NCBI GenBank assembly: GCA_963674945.2
Contig: CAXXWQ010000003.1
Location: 1,088,001 to 1,152,000, forward strand
Reading direction: 5' to 3'
DNA from: an uncultured Desulfosarcina sp.
GTDB taxonomy: Bacteria; Desulfobacterota; Desulfobacteria; Desulfobacterales; Desulfosarcinaceae
Length of the DNA stretch: 64,000 nucleotides
The notes under the pieces were generated by a model. The model saw only the letters and a list, made by a program, of their open reading frames with translations. It was not told where the DNA came from and made no database searches. Of the stretch, positions 30,361 to 40,447 are shown one piece after another. The position numbers and the translations under genes were made by a program. Positions within the stretch are counted from its first letter, which is position 1, and every line of letters starts with the position of its first letter.

Positions 30361-30809
30361 GCCAACATCTGTGCCAGTGCCTCCAGAGCGAACAGATAGC
30401 CCGCGGCCCCCAGACCGGTGATCTGCCCGGTGGCGATGTCGGCGACGTAGGAGTGGTGTCGGAAGGATTCCCTTTTGTGGATGTTGGACAGGTGGACTTC
30501 GACAGTAGGGACATCCAGAATCAAAATCGCATCCCGGATGGCGATGCTGGTGTGGGTGTATGCGGCCGGGTTGATGATCAACCCCTGCACCTTTCCCACG
30601 GCCTTCTGGATCGCCCCTACGATCTCCCCCTCGTGGTTGGACTGGAAAGTGGAAATCGCGAGTCCCAGCCGGGCCGCGCGTTCAACCAGGGAAGTGTTGA
30701 TGTCATCCATCGTCCGAATGCCGTAATGATCGGGTTCGCGCTTCCCCAACATGTTCAGGTTGGGGCCATGAACCACGAGAATCTGTTTCATTTTTGATTC
30801 GTCAGCCAT
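30357..30809 (-). CDS. aroQ: Type II 3-dehydroquinate dehydratase
   Basis: [34 protein letters not shown]. Confidence 0.97.
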   Translation of the reverse strand: MADESKMKQILVVHGPNLNMLGKREPDHYGIRTMDDINTSLVERAARLGLAISTFQSNHEGEIVGAIQKAVGKVQGLIINPAAYTHTSIAIRDAILILDVPTVEVHLSNIHKRESFRHHSYVADIATGQITGLGAAGYLFALEALAQMLA

Positions 30810-30820
30810 GGATCACTCCG

Positions 30821-31471
30821 TTACCAGGATGCCTTGAGGGTGGCGATGGTTTTGGTGTAGTCGTCGCTTCCGAAAACGGCGCTTCCGGCCACGAATACAT
30901 CCACGCCGGCCTGGGAAATCCGTTCGATGGTCGTCGCGTTGACCCCGCCGTCCATCTGAATGAGGGTGGACAATCCCCTTTCGGCAATCATCGACTTGAG
31001 CCGGACAACCTTGTCCAGGGCCGAGGGAATGAATTTCTGCCCGCCGAATCCTGGATTGACGCTCATGATCACGACGAGGGAGAGATCCGCCAGGACCCAC
31101 TGGATGGATTCCACCGGCGTGGCAGGGTTCAGGGCCACTGCCGGTTTTGCCCCTTTTTCACGAATCAGTTGAATGGTTCGATGAAGGTGAAGACATGCCT
31201 CCTGATGAACGGCGATGTAGTCGGCACCTGCATCGGCAAAATCCTGGATGTACCGGTCCGGATTGTCGATCATCAGGTGAACGTCCATGGGAAGCGTCGT
31301 GGACCGTCGCACGGCCTCGACCACCAATGGCCCCATGGTGATGTTGGGGACGAAGCAGCCATCCATGACATCCACATGGATCCAGTCTGCACCGGCAGCC
31401 TCCACTGCACGAATCTCGTCGCCGAGCCTGGAAAAATCAGCCGACAGAATCGAAGGTGCGATCGCTTTCAT
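30821..31471 (-). CDS. rpe: Ribulose-phosphate 3-epimerase
   Basis: APSILSADF, HVDVMDG, MSVNPGFGGQ, DGGVN. Confidence 0.97.
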   Translation of the reverse strand: MKAIAPSILSADFSRLGDEIRAVEAAGADWIHVDVMDGCFVPNITMGPLVVEAVRRSTTLPMDVHLMIDNPDRYIQDFADAGADYIAVHQEACLHLHRTIQLIREKGAKPAVALNPATPVESIQWVLADLSLVVIMSVNPGFGGQKFIPSALDKVVRLKSMIAERGLSTLIQMDGGVNATTIERISQAGVDVFVAGSAVFGSDDYTKTIATLKASW

Positions 31472-31506
31472 AGTATCCTCTTGCCATTTGACTTCTAAAG
31501 AACTCG

Positions 31507-32505
31507 TTATTCATCCATGAAAATGGTCTGAACCAACAGATCATCCACATATACGAGTATCGTGGGGTTACCATTTTTTGGCACGAAAAGCCAGACCTCA
31601 TGACCGGGTGTCAGAAATTCATCGAAAAGGGTTACGGTGAACCAGGGCTGACTCAGCTTCACCTGAACCCTTTTTTTCAGGAAACCGTTTTCCAGTTGGA
31701 AACGGAACAACCTTATCGAATCCGTTTCATCGGCGCTGTTTTGGGTACGGTCGGTCTCGGAACGGTTGACCGACAGGTCCACGCGACTTCCCCGGATCAC
31801 CCGATAGCCGGCGGGCGGTGCCTGATCCACAACGGTTTCCAGCGGGCGGTGGTCATGGTGGACGACGCTGATGTTACCCACAACCAATTGCATCTGCTCC
31901 AGGCGACCGATGGCCGCCGCCAGGGTAAAGCCGGAGAGATCCGCCATGGGATAGGCGATCTGCGGCGGTCCCTGGCTGACAAGCAGATCCACACAGGTGT
32001 CGCGGGAGACGGTGTTTCCTGAAAGTGGGGATTGGGAGATTATCTGGTCCTCCTTGTGGCGAAAACTGGATATCCGGGCCAACTTCCCCTGGCACAATCC
32101 GTTTTCCGTCACAAACACCTTTCCGTGCTGCAGCGAAAGGCCCGTCAGGTTGGGCATGACGATGGTTTCGGACCCCCGGGAGACCCGGATTTTCACGTCC
32201 CTTCCCCGTTTGATGGCTGCGCCCGGCTCCGGTTCCTGGTCGATCACGTGGTTCTTGGGAACCTGGTCATCGAACACCGTCCCCTTGACCCGGGTATTCA
32301 GGCCCAAGTCGGAGAGGATCTCGAGCCCGTAAAGGACGTCTTTTCCCACCAGATCGGGAACGACCACCGTATCGGCACCCTTGATGATGAAGGTCAGCGC
32401 CAGGTATCCGCCCAGGCCGGCCATGGCCATGAAAACGGCTGCCATGAGGGTGAATCGCATCGCCTTTTCATACAGCCGCTTCATTGAGATCTTTTTCAAG
32501 GACAT
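31507..32505 (-). CDS. PASTA-domain protein (TM + three PASTA repeats)
   Basis: VPDLVG/MPNLTG/MADLSG repeats with QxP.G..V.L.VS. Confidence 0.88.
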   Translation of the reverse strand: MSLKKISMKRLYEKAMRFTLMAAVFMAMAGLGGYLALTFIIKGADTVVVPDLVGKDVLYGLEILSDLGLNTRVKGTVFDDQVPKNHVIDQEPEPGAAIKRGRDVKIRVSRGSETIVMPNLTGLSLQHGKVFVTENGLCQGKLARISSFRHKEDQIISQSPLSGNTVSRDTCVDLLVSQGPPQIAYPMADLSGFTLAAAIGRLEQMQLVVGNISVVHHDHRPLETVVDQAPPAGYRVIRGSRVDLSVNRSETDRTQNSADETDSIRLFRFQLENGFLKKRVQVKLSQPWFTVTLFDEFLTPGHEVWLFVPKNGNPTILVYVDDLLVQTIFMDE

Positions 32506-32509
32506 GGCA

Positions 32510-33445
32510 TCAGAACTCTGCTCGCAGGCCGAAACGGGCACCGCCGGGGACCGGCCCCAAAGAAATGGTCAATGATCGAAGCCGGTACAGATCGTCGCGA
32601 AAGGCGGTTTGCCGGTCTCGGTTATATTTATGGGCACTGGATACGCTACCATAGATATTGCCGGCGTAAAAACCGAACGCCACGAATCCGATGGTGCCGC
32701 CCAGGGCGTAGAGTTCATTGTCGAATGCCTCCCAGGCGGCCAGAATCAGACCGGTATTGACGATAACGGCGGTGAAGGCGTCACGGTACCGGCCCACGTA
32801 GATCTGCCCCGCACCCGGCACCACGGAAAGCAAACCGGCAACCGTCGGGTTTTTTTCGGGAATCCGGTCGCTTTTCTCCAATGCCGTTCGCATCTTGTGC
32901 ACGCCATAGCGATCCTGATTGTCCGATGAAATCTCACTGAAAATGCGATTGGCATCTTTCCATCTCCCCCGATCCACGTGAAGCCAGGCCAACTCGTATC
33001 GAGCACGGTCGATTATCTGTTTTTGTGTTGTGACCGCCATGAGGTTGTGCAGATCCACCATGGCCTGCTCGACCATTGCCTGCTCGGCGTGGCACCGGCT
33101 GAGCATGAAATAGGCTTCGACGGCCAGTGTCGAATCCCTGCCGGCGCGGGTCCGTTCATCGAAAATGACCGCTGCCTTGGAAAACCGGCCCGCACCGAAA
33201 TGAGCCATGCCGGTCTGGAATCGGGCCCGTGGGACCTTGGCATCATCGGGGAAAAAGTGGATAAAACGGTTGAACTCATAGACGGCCTCGTCGAAGGCCT
33301 CCCGGTCCAGAAGGGATTGGGCATATTGGTACTGCTGGTCTGCATCGACGGTGATTCGGGCCGAGGCAATACCGATCGTGGCAGATAAGAACAGGCAAAC
33401 GGGGAAGAAAAGAGTCGCACAGCGAATGAGGCAAAGACGCATCAT
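32510..33445 (-). CDS. Tetratricopeptide repeat protein with C-terminal membrane segment
   Basis: TPR helices; KNP.VAGLLSVVPGAGQIY. Confidence 0.8.
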   Translation of the reverse strand: MMRLCLIRCATLFFPVCLFLSATIGIASARITVDADQQYQYAQSLLDREAFDEAVYEFNRFIHFFPDDAKVPRARFQTGMAHFGAGRFSKAAVIFDERTRAGRDSTLAVEAYFMLSRCHAEQAMVEQAMVDLHNLMAVTTQKQIIDRARYELAWLHVDRGRWKDANRIFSEISSDNQDRYGVHKMRTALEKSDRIPEKNPTVAGLLSVVPGAGQIYVGRYRDAFTAVIVNTGLILAAWEAFDNELYALGGTIGFVAFGFYAGNIYGSVSSAHKYNRDRQTAFRDDLYRLRSLTISLGPVPGGARFGLRAEF

Positions 33446-33463
33446 GGGTATCCGATCCAACGC

Positions 33464-33823
33464 TTACCGCCACCAGAAGTCGTTGTTTTCGACCGGATCC
33501 TGACAACGGACACCATCACGGGTCATCTGATGCGGGCAATGCTCGATCTCATCCCCCCCGCAACGCATCAACCGGTCACAGGCCATGATCCATCCCATCA
33601 GCACGCCGTTTCGTTTCATGGCCGCTTTCGCATATGCGGAGCAAGACGGCGTCATGGGGCATCGCCTGCCGTCCGCCGCCGAGACATAATCCTGAAAAAA
33701 TTGAATCGGTGCAATCAGAGCCGAAGGCGCCCTGTCCTGTCCCGCCGGCTCCGGTTCCGTCGAACCGGCAACGGCGATCCCGGCAATAAGAATCAGGCCG
33801 ATAACAAAAAAAATTGGTTTCAT
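33464..33823 (-). CDS. yidD: Membrane protein insertion efficiency factor YidD-like
   Basis: RCPMTPSCSAYA, DRLMRC, DP. Confidence 0.85.
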   Translation of the reverse strand: MKPIFFVIGLILIAGIAVAGSTEPEPAGQDRAPSALIAPIQFFQDYVSAADGRRCPMTPSCSAYAKAAMKRNGVLMGWIMACDRLMRCGGDEIEHCPHQMTRDGVRCQDPVENNDFWWR

Positions 33824-33950
33824 CGGGTTCGACCACCAGAACGCGCTATTTCTCGTCTTATGATGAAGGTACATATCTTTTCGGCCGAGAAATGAAGCGT
33901 TGCCTATACATCCCATATTTTACAAAAAAGTCATCTTTCTGTACGACCAC

Positions 33951-34056
33951 ATCGGTTTCCAGATAATGGTTTTGGCAAGGCCAGCGGGAGGAAGCTGTAT
34001 TCAGTTATACCGCAACGACCGATAACGCCGCCCAAAACCATTATCTGGAAACCGAT
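33951..34056. repeat. 106-bp element with perfect 25-bp terminal inverted repeats
   Basis: atcggtttccagataatggttttgg ... ccaaaaccattatctggaaaccgat. Confidence 0.85.
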
Positions 34057-35781
34057 CTATTGTTGGGTGACGCGTAGTACCTCCTCTATGGTCGTCCTCC
34101 CCCCCAGCACTGCCTCCACGCCACTCTGGCGAAGGGTTTTCATCTTTTTCTCCAATGCGATGTGCTTGATCCGGGAGGAGTCATGGGTTTTCAGGATCAG
34201 GCCCTTCAGGTCCTCGTCCATGTGCAGGATCTCGAAGATGCCGATACGCCCCCGGTAGCCGGTGTTGAAGCACTTTTCACAACCGCTTGCCTGGTAGATG
34301 GTGTGTTTCTCCGCCTGCTCCGGCGAGATGCCGATGCTCTCCAGGATGGCCCCTGGCGAATAGGGCACCTTGCAGTGATCGCACAGCACGCGCACAAGAC
34401 GCTGGGCGATGACGGCGACCACCGACGAGGAGATGAGAAAGGGCTCGACGCCGATGTCCACCAGCCGGGTGATGGCACCGGCCGAATCGTTGGTGTGAAG
34501 GGTGGAAAAAACCAGGTGGCCGGTAAGGGCGGATTGAACGGCAATGGTGGCCGTTTCATGGTCCCGGATCTCTCCGATGAGGATGACGTCGGGGTCCTGC
34601 CTGACGATGCTGCGCAGACCGCGGGCGAAGGTGAGGTCGATTTTCGGGTTGACCTGAATCTGGCTGATCCCCTTGAGCTGGTATTCCACCGGATCCTCAA
34701 TGGTGATGATGTTGATGTCCGGCTTGATGATACTGGCAAGCACCGAATAGAGCGTTGTGGTCTTGCCGCTTCCCGTAGGGCCGGTCACCAGGATAATGCC
34801 GTTGGGTTGGGTTACCAATTGATTGAACATCTGAAGATCCCCGGGCGTCAACCCCAGCTCCTTGAGGTTCAGCACCTCTTCGGATTTGTTGAGAAGCCGC
34901 ATGACCACCCGTTCACCGAACGTCGTCGGCAATGTGGAAACCCGCACGTCGATATTCAGATTGCCGATCTTCACCTCGATGCGGCCGTCCTGGGGCAGCC
35001 GTTTCTCGGCGATGTTGAGCTTGGCCATTACCTTGATTCGGGAAATCAGGGCCGGCTGGACCCATTTGGGCGGAGTGAGCAGATCGTACAAAATGCCGTC
35101 CACCCGGTAACGGACCTTGAAGCTGTCCTGATAGGGTTCAATGTGAATGTCGCTTGCACGGGCCTTTATGGACTGGGAGATGATGTGGTTGACCAGCTTG
35201 ATGATAGGGGCATCGCTGGTGTCTTCCAGAAGATCGGCGGTATCCTCGATCTCGCTGATGATGGTGCTGCCGTCCTCCTCCATGGTTTGGACAAGCTGCT
35301 CCGCGGATCCCCCGCCCATGTCGAAAAGAAGATTGATGGCGGAAAAAATGGCGCTTTTCGTGGAGAGAACCAGGTTGTAATCGGAAAATCCGATCATCTG
35401 GGCCAGATCGTCCAGGGGCTGGAAGGCGCCAGGGTCGTTAACGGCGATGACATTGACCAGGACGTCGGGCAATTCGGACTTCTTTTCCGGGGAGACATTC
35501 TTGAGAACCAGCGGAACCATGGCATGCCGTTTGAGAAAACCGATGGGCGCGCTACGGGTCCGGTCCTCACCGAAACTCTCCAATGGCAACTCCGGCCAGA
35601 AGGGAATTTCGTACTGCTCGCTCAAGGCATCCAGAAGCTGGGTCTCGGAGACGATCTTCCTGCTGAGCAGCACCTCCGACATGCTGCCATGGCTTTCGTC
35701 ATGGCGCCGGATCACATCGGCGAAGTCCTCGTCGGAGACTCCGTACTTGCTCTTTATTATCTCTTCAAGGGATCTTGTCAT
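34057..35781 (-). CDS. gspE: Type II secretion ATPase
   Basis: ASDIHIEP, EKRLPQDG, GPTGSGKTTTLY, RQDPDVILIGEIRD; ATG overlaps gspD stop. Confidence 0.96.
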   Translation of the reverse strand: MTRSLEEIIKSKYGVSDEDFADVIRRHDESHGSMSEVLLSRKIVSETQLLDALSEQYEIPFWPELPLESFGEDRTRSAPIGFLKRHAMVPLVLKNVSPEKKSELPDVLVNVIAVNDPGAFQPLDDLAQMIGFSDYNLVLSTKSAIFSAINLLFDMGGGSAEQLVQTMEEDGSTIISEIEDTADLLEDTSDAPIIKLVNHIISQSIKARASDIHIEPYQDSFKVRYRVDGILYDLLTPPKWVQPALISRIKVMAKLNIAEKRLPQDGRIEVKIGNLNIDVRVSTLPTTFGERVVMRLLNKSEEVLNLKELGLTPGDLQMFNQLVTQPNGIILVTGPTGSGKTTTLYSVLASIIKPDINIITIEDPVEYQLKGISQIQVNPKIDLTFARGLRSIVRQDPDVILIGEIRDHETATIAVQSALTGHLVFSTLHTNDSAGAITRLVDIGVEPFLISSSVVAVIAQRLVRVLCDHCKVPYSPGAILESIGISPEQAEKHTIYQASGCEKCFNTGYRGRIGIFEILHMDEDLKGLILKTHDSSRIKHIALEKKMKTLRQSGVEAVLGGRTTIEEVLRVTQQ

Positions 35782-38111
35782 TTCTCTTTTCTGACGATAA
35801 TGGTGTCGGCAAAGCCTTGATCGAACAGGGTGTCCTGGGCGGCGCTCGCGGAAGCCTGGTCCGAAAATTCGCCGACCTGGACCCGATACCATATCTTGCC
35901 GTCGACTTCCGATTCAAGGATGCTCGCCCGATGGCCCATCTTCGTCAAACGCGCCACCGATTCCATGGCCCTCATCTCGTCCGCAAAAGACTGCACCTGT
36001 AACACGTAGACCGCATCCGGATCATCGACATCCGTTTCCACCTCTGGTTCGGCTGGGTTGTTTTCGATGCCGTCAATATCACCTTCATCCGGTTTTTCCT
36101 TGTTTTGGGGATAGGATTCGCCATGGGGCGTTTCTTCCACGGCTTTTCTTCCACCCTGGTACAGCTTGATCTGCATTTCCCGCAGCTCATCAATATTCGA
36201 TCTCTTCTCATCCATTACCTTCGTGGCTTCCAGGTTGTTTTCGATCACCTTGGGGGTAATGAAAATGAACAGGTTGCTTTTTTCCGCGCCTTTGGCCCGG
36301 GTCTTGAAAAGCCATCCCAGACCCGGAACGTCACCAAGGCAGGGTACTTTGTACTCGGTCTGGGAGAAGTTGTCGTCGATGAGGCCGCCGATCACAATGG
36401 TACTACGATCCTTCACGATCACCGTGGTCTCCACGGTGCGCTTCAAGGTTGTGGGCCGAAAATCCGTGGTGCTCTCCAGGGCCGACACCTCCAGGGAGAT
36501 ATTCAACCGGACCATGCGATCGGTGTTGATCTGGGGGGTGATCTTCAGGGTCTTGCCCACATCCCGGTATTCGAAGGAGTTGTACGTATCGTTGTTGGTG
36601 GTGGACGTGGTGGTCTGGAAGGGAACATTTCTTCCCACCGTGATGCTGGCCTCCTGGTTGTCGGTGGTGAGCAGTTGGGGCGTGGAAAGAATGGTGACGT
36701 CCCTGTCTTTTTTATAGGCCTGTACCAGGGCGGCGATACTGGGAAAGGACAATCCGCCGACTTCCAATGCCTCGCCGAAAATCCCCATGGAAAACCCGGC
36801 GGGCAGGGTGGGAATCAGGTCTCCATCTGCATTGGCGCTGTAAGTGATTTTCGGGTCGTCCGGGGCGAACCCACCACCGGCGACACCCTCCCGGTCGTTG
36901 TTCAGGCTCACCCGGTCCCCCACGATCCACTCGGTGCCCAGGTCGAAGCTCTTGTCGGCGTTAACCTCCATGATCAGTGCCTCGATGTAGACCATGGACC
37001 GGGGGATGTCGATCTTCTTGATGATCTCCAGCAAAGTGGCGTAATCGTCCCGGTCAGCGGTAATGATGAGGCTGTTGGTGGCCTTGTCCGCCGTTATGGT
37101 CACCTTCTCCGAGACAACCGCCTTCTCCTTCTTGGCGCCGCCGGCCGCTGCCTTCTCCTCCGTGGGAAGGTCCTTGAGAACGGTGACCATCTCCTCGGCG
37201 TCGGCGAACTGGAGGTAATAGACGTTAATCTTCTCCTTGCCTTTGGGGGTCTCCAGGTCCAGGGTCTGGATGAGTGTGCGGATCCGGTTGGTTTCGTCCT
37301 CGCTGGCCACCAGGATGATGCTGTTGGTGCGCTCATCGGCCACGAAGGCGGCCGAATCCCGCCCCGGCACCGTCTTCTTCGACTTGGTCGAGCCTGTGGA
37401 ACTCGACTTAAAGACCGTTTCGAGCAGGGTCACCAGTTTGGTGGCATCGGCATTCTGGATGGGAAACACGCTGATCTCACGCCCCACCCCGGGAATATCG
37501 ATGGTCTTCAATATCTTCATCAGCCGGGCGATGTTGGAGTAGTTATCGGTGATGATCAGGGTGTTGGTGGGATCGTAGGAGAGAATCACGCTGCTCTTGG
37601 AAACCATGGGCGTGAACAGCCGCTTCACCTCGTCGGGATCTGCAAAGCGAAGGGGCACGAGCTGGGTGACGACCTGGTCGTCGTCCGACGCGCCCTTCTC
37701 CCTGGTGCGGGTCTCGATACTCTTGGTTCGCGCATCGGGGGAAGGAACGATCTTGATCAGCTTTCCCGTTTCAACCGTTGCAAATCCGTGCACCTCCAGC
37801 ACCGATTCGAACACCTTGTACGCCTCCGCGACGGAAATCTTCGATGGCGAGATGATGGTCACCTTGCCTTTGACGCGCTGGTCGATGACGAAGTTCTTCC
37901 CTGTCAACTCACTGATGAATTTGATGAAGACGCTGATGTCCACGTCGTTGAAATCGATGGAGACAAATCGCTGAACGCCGTTTTCCGCCGACCTTTCACT
38001 CTTTTGTTGCTGGGCCGTGGCATTGGTTGAAAAGAGAGACAGCCCCACCAAACCAAACATGAGAAAGATCAGGATGGATATCTTGCGTGAGGTTTTACTA
38101 TCAATTGCCAT
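35778..38111 (-). CDS. gspD: Type II secretin with C-terminal SPOR domain
   Basis: N0-N3 domains, secretin core (KVP.LGD.P.LG.LF), then YVLQVQSF...WYRVQVGEF SPOR-like tail. Confidence 0.94.
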   Translation of the reverse strand: MAIDSKTSRKISILIFLMFGLVGLSLFSTNATAQQQKSERSAENGVQRFVSIDFNDVDISVFIKFISELTGKNFVIDQRVKGKVTIISPSKISVAEAYKVFESVLEVHGFATVETGKLIKIVPSPDARTKSIETRTREKGASDDDQVVTQLVPLRFADPDEVKRLFTPMVSKSSVILSYDPTNTLIITDNYSNIARLMKILKTIDIPGVGREISVFPIQNADATKLVTLLETVFKSSSTGSTKSKKTVPGRDSAAFVADERTNSIILVASEDETNRIRTLIQTLDLETPKGKEKINVYYLQFADAEEMVTVLKDLPTEEKAAAGGAKKEKAVVSEKVTITADKATNSLIITADRDDYATLLEIIKKIDIPRSMVYIEALIMEVNADKSFDLGTEWIVGDRVSLNNDREGVAGGGFAPDDPKITYSANADGDLIPTLPAGFSMGIFGEALEVGGLSFPSIAALVQAYKKDRDVTILSTPQLLTTDNQEASITVGRNVPFQTTTSTTNNDTYNSFEYRDVGKTLKITPQINTDRMVRLNISLEVSALESTTDFRPTTLKRTVETTVIVKDRSTIVIGGLIDDNFSQTEYKVPCLGDVPGLGWLFKTRAKGAEKSNLFIFITPKVIENNLEATKVMDEKRSNIDELREMQIKLYQGGRKAVEETPHGESYPQNKEKPDEGDIDGIENNPAEPEVETDVDDPDAVYVLQVQSFADEMRAMESVARLTKMGHRASILESEVDGKIWYRVQVGEFSDQASASAAQDTLFDQGFADTIIVRKEK

Positions 38112-38162
38112 GTTCTCTTCCTGCTCCCACCGGCATGCACCCGCATTCGGGCCACCGACCGG

Positions 38163-39035
38163 CTATCTGATGCTGTATTCGATATTTTTTTCCCGTCCCC
38201 GACGTTTCAACTGAACGGATACCTTGGATGCGGATTGTAAATTGTCCACGAGCCCCAGGGCATCGTTGACCGTTGAAATCTCCCTTCCGTCCACCCCGGT
38301 AATGATGTCCCCATTTCGAAGGCCCATTCGCCGGAAAATGGAGTTGGGTTTGATCCTGGACAGGGCCAGTCCAGCGGCGACCCCCTCTTCCATGTGGGGT
38401 CGGATTTGCACCTGGGTCATCAGCGTGGCCATGTCCTGCATGGCCTGCTCGATATAAGAACGTCGCAAGGAGATCCGTTGGGCGCGTATGGCTTCCGGGG
38501 AAGTGGCCGTTCGGGCGGTCGGTCCGGAAGGACGGAATCCGCTCTTTCCGGAAACCAGGTCCTCCATCTGCAGAATTTCGTCCTTTCCGTCGACGGTGAG
38601 GACGACCTTTTCCCTGAAAATCTTCTTCACCGTCGCCGTCTGGACGGAATCGCCGGTTCGGTATAAATTCTGCTGGCGCGCTTTTACATCCTCGATGACT
38701 GCATATTCCGTTTCCTCGTCACCGAAGACCGTCCCCCAAAGTTTCAGGTTCAACGTGGTCTCTTCCAAAGACTCAACGTCCACCTTTTCCGTCGTCGGTT
38801 TGGCCTCGGCCTTGGAGCGGGTGCCGAACAGGTTCCTTTCCAACACGGCATTGTAGGCCGACATGGGCCGACTGGCAGTTTGCGTGTCGTTCACCTGATA
38901 GACATTTTGCCGAACGACAGCGGGTCTTTGCACCAGTCGGGCGGACAGGGAATCATAGAATCCGTCTACGGCAATGTGCGCGCAAATGGTGATGCAAATC
39001 AGATTGATCAGCGTGAAAATGGCTTTCGGTATCAT
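38163..39035 (-). CDS. gspC: Type II secretion protein C with PDZ domain
   Basis: TM, RNLF, LKLWGT, C-terminal PDZ (MGLRNGDII). Confidence 0.9.
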   Translation of the reverse strand: MIPKAIFTLINLICITICAHIAVDGFYDSLSARLVQRPAVVRQNVYQVNDTQTASRPMSAYNAVLERNLFGTRSKAEAKPTTEKVDVESLEETTLNLKLWGTVFGDEETEYAVIEDVKARQQNLYRTGDSVQTATVKKIFREKVVLTVDGKDEILQMEDLVSGKSGFRPSGPTARTATSPEAIRAQRISLRRSYIEQAMQDMATLMTQVQIRPHMEEGVAAGLALSRIKPNSIFRRMGLRNGDIITGVDGREISTVNDALGLVDNLQSASKVSVQLKRRGREKNIEYSIR

Positions 39036-39038
39036 CGC

Positions 39039-39905
39039 CTATCTCATGGACGCCTGTGGGTTCTCGATGGAACCGCGAATCGCAAAGTTTATTCCAATTG
39101 TCCCCAGTGTCCGTGCGTCGAAAAACCCGGCCGGGATAGTATCCTGGAGCCGGGCGAAGAGCGCCGGTTTGGGTTTGGCGTTGCCGGACAGATTCAGCCG
39201 GCTCTGCCCCAAGGGTTGCCGCAGGTCGATGGATCCGCCGATTTTGCCCTGGGCCATGGGACCGTCGAAATCGAGAGATTTGATCCGAAGGCTTTTCCTG
39301 TTCGCCGCCAGCGTGGCATCCACCTTGCCGACGACGATGTCACGCATGCCGAAAAACTCGTCCTGCAGCGTAATTTGAACATCCGACAGGCCCATGGTGG
39401 CATTCGTCGTCTCTGCCGCCCCACTGCCATCGTCGTGGTTCACATGGCCCGTGAGTATTCCGGTAACGGTGAACCGCGTATCCGCCTTGATCAGATCGAT
39501 TCCCTCCAATTGGATGTCGGACAGGTCCGCCTCCACCTGCAGATGTTCGGCACGATTGCCTTCGATAATCGCCCAGCCCGCTATGGATCCTTCGGCCACA
39601 CGGGCTGTAAAGTTGACCTTCTTGTTGCTTTTTAAAAGGGTTCGCAAATTGGGCACGATCCGCAACTTATCGAAAAGAACCAATCGGGTGCCTTCCTGGT
39701 AGAGCGCAACGCCGGTCATCGTAAGACCGGGGGGAATTGCCGGTCTGATGGTCTCGGTGGCAAGGGTCAACGAGGGATCGGCCGATGCCAGGCGATGGTC
39801 CACATATGACTTGAGCGCGTCAGCGGGAAATTGCAGGTACAACAGCACTACCGTGATCGCTGCGGCATAGACCAGATAGGCAAAAATGGTTTTCATGTGA
39901 GCCAT
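39039..39905 (-). CDS. gspN: Type II secretion protein N
   Basis: N-terminal TM ending LQFP; beta-rich; operon position. Confidence 0.8.
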   Translation of the reverse strand: MAHMKTIFAYLVYAAAITVVLLYLQFPADALKSYVDHRLASADPSLTLATETIRPAIPPGLTMTGVALYQEGTRLVLFDKLRIVPNLRTLLKSNKKVNFTARVAEGSIAGWAIIEGNRAEHLQVEADLSDIQLEGIDLIKADTRFTVTGILTGHVNHDDGSGAAETTNATMGLSDVQITLQDEFFGMRDIVVGKVDATLAANRKSLRIKSLDFDGPMAQGKIGGSIDLRQPLGQSRLNLSGNAKPKPALFARLQDTIPAGFFDARTLGTIGINFAIRGSIENPQASMR

Positions 39906-39913
39906 ACGATTCG

Positions 39914-40441
39914 TTACATCTCCAAGGTTTCGACCTGAAAGACCGAATTGATCAAATCCGCCTGTTTCTCCCCCTGGGAGATGGATAGCCGCTTGATGAA
40001 AATCATGTCCCTGGAAGTCTCGATGCCGTGCAGATAGGAAAGAAGTTGGGACATGGTCACCTCCTGAAGCTTCAGCTCCACCATGGAGCGGCGATAGGGA
40101 CTGTCTTTGATGGCGCTGGAGCTTGGCTTCATGTAGGCGATGTTGCCTTTTACGCCCGTCTTTCCGGCCAGGGCATCCAGAAACGAAAAAAGGGTAAATC
40201 CCCGTCTGCGCCGTTTCAGGTGCCGTTGGGCCTGCTCGGCCTTTTGGGCCGTTTCGTTGTACTTTTCCTGAAGCAGACGGATCTGTTCCAACTCCTGCTG
40301 GCGGGTGGCGATGGTTCGGGTCAAGCGGTCGTTTTTATCCACCAGGGGGAACACGAGAAACTGAAAAAAGACAAATACGACGATGGCGCCGGCCGCGGCG
40401 GCGACGCTCATTTTTTCCCGTTTGTTGAGTTGAAGGGCCAT
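39914..40441 (-). CDS. gspM: Type II secretion protein M
   Basis: LNKREK + TM + coiled coil; operon position. Confidence 0.85.
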   Translation of the reverse strand: MALQLNKREKMSVAAAAGAIVVFVFFQFLVFPLVDKNDRLTRTIATRQQELEQIRLLQEKYNETAQKAEQAQRHLKRRRRGFTLFSFLDALAGKTGVKGNIAYMKPSSSAIKDSPYRRSMVELKLQEVTMSQLLSYLHGIETSRDMIFIKRLSISQGEKQADLINSVFQVETLEM

Positions 40442-40447
40442 GGTTTG

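Noticed and set aside
36105..38030. 641-aa plus-strand ORF (and similar long ORFs such as 34162-35820 and 24390-25475)
   Set aside because: Antisense shadows of well-supported GC-rich genes with no recognisable motifs
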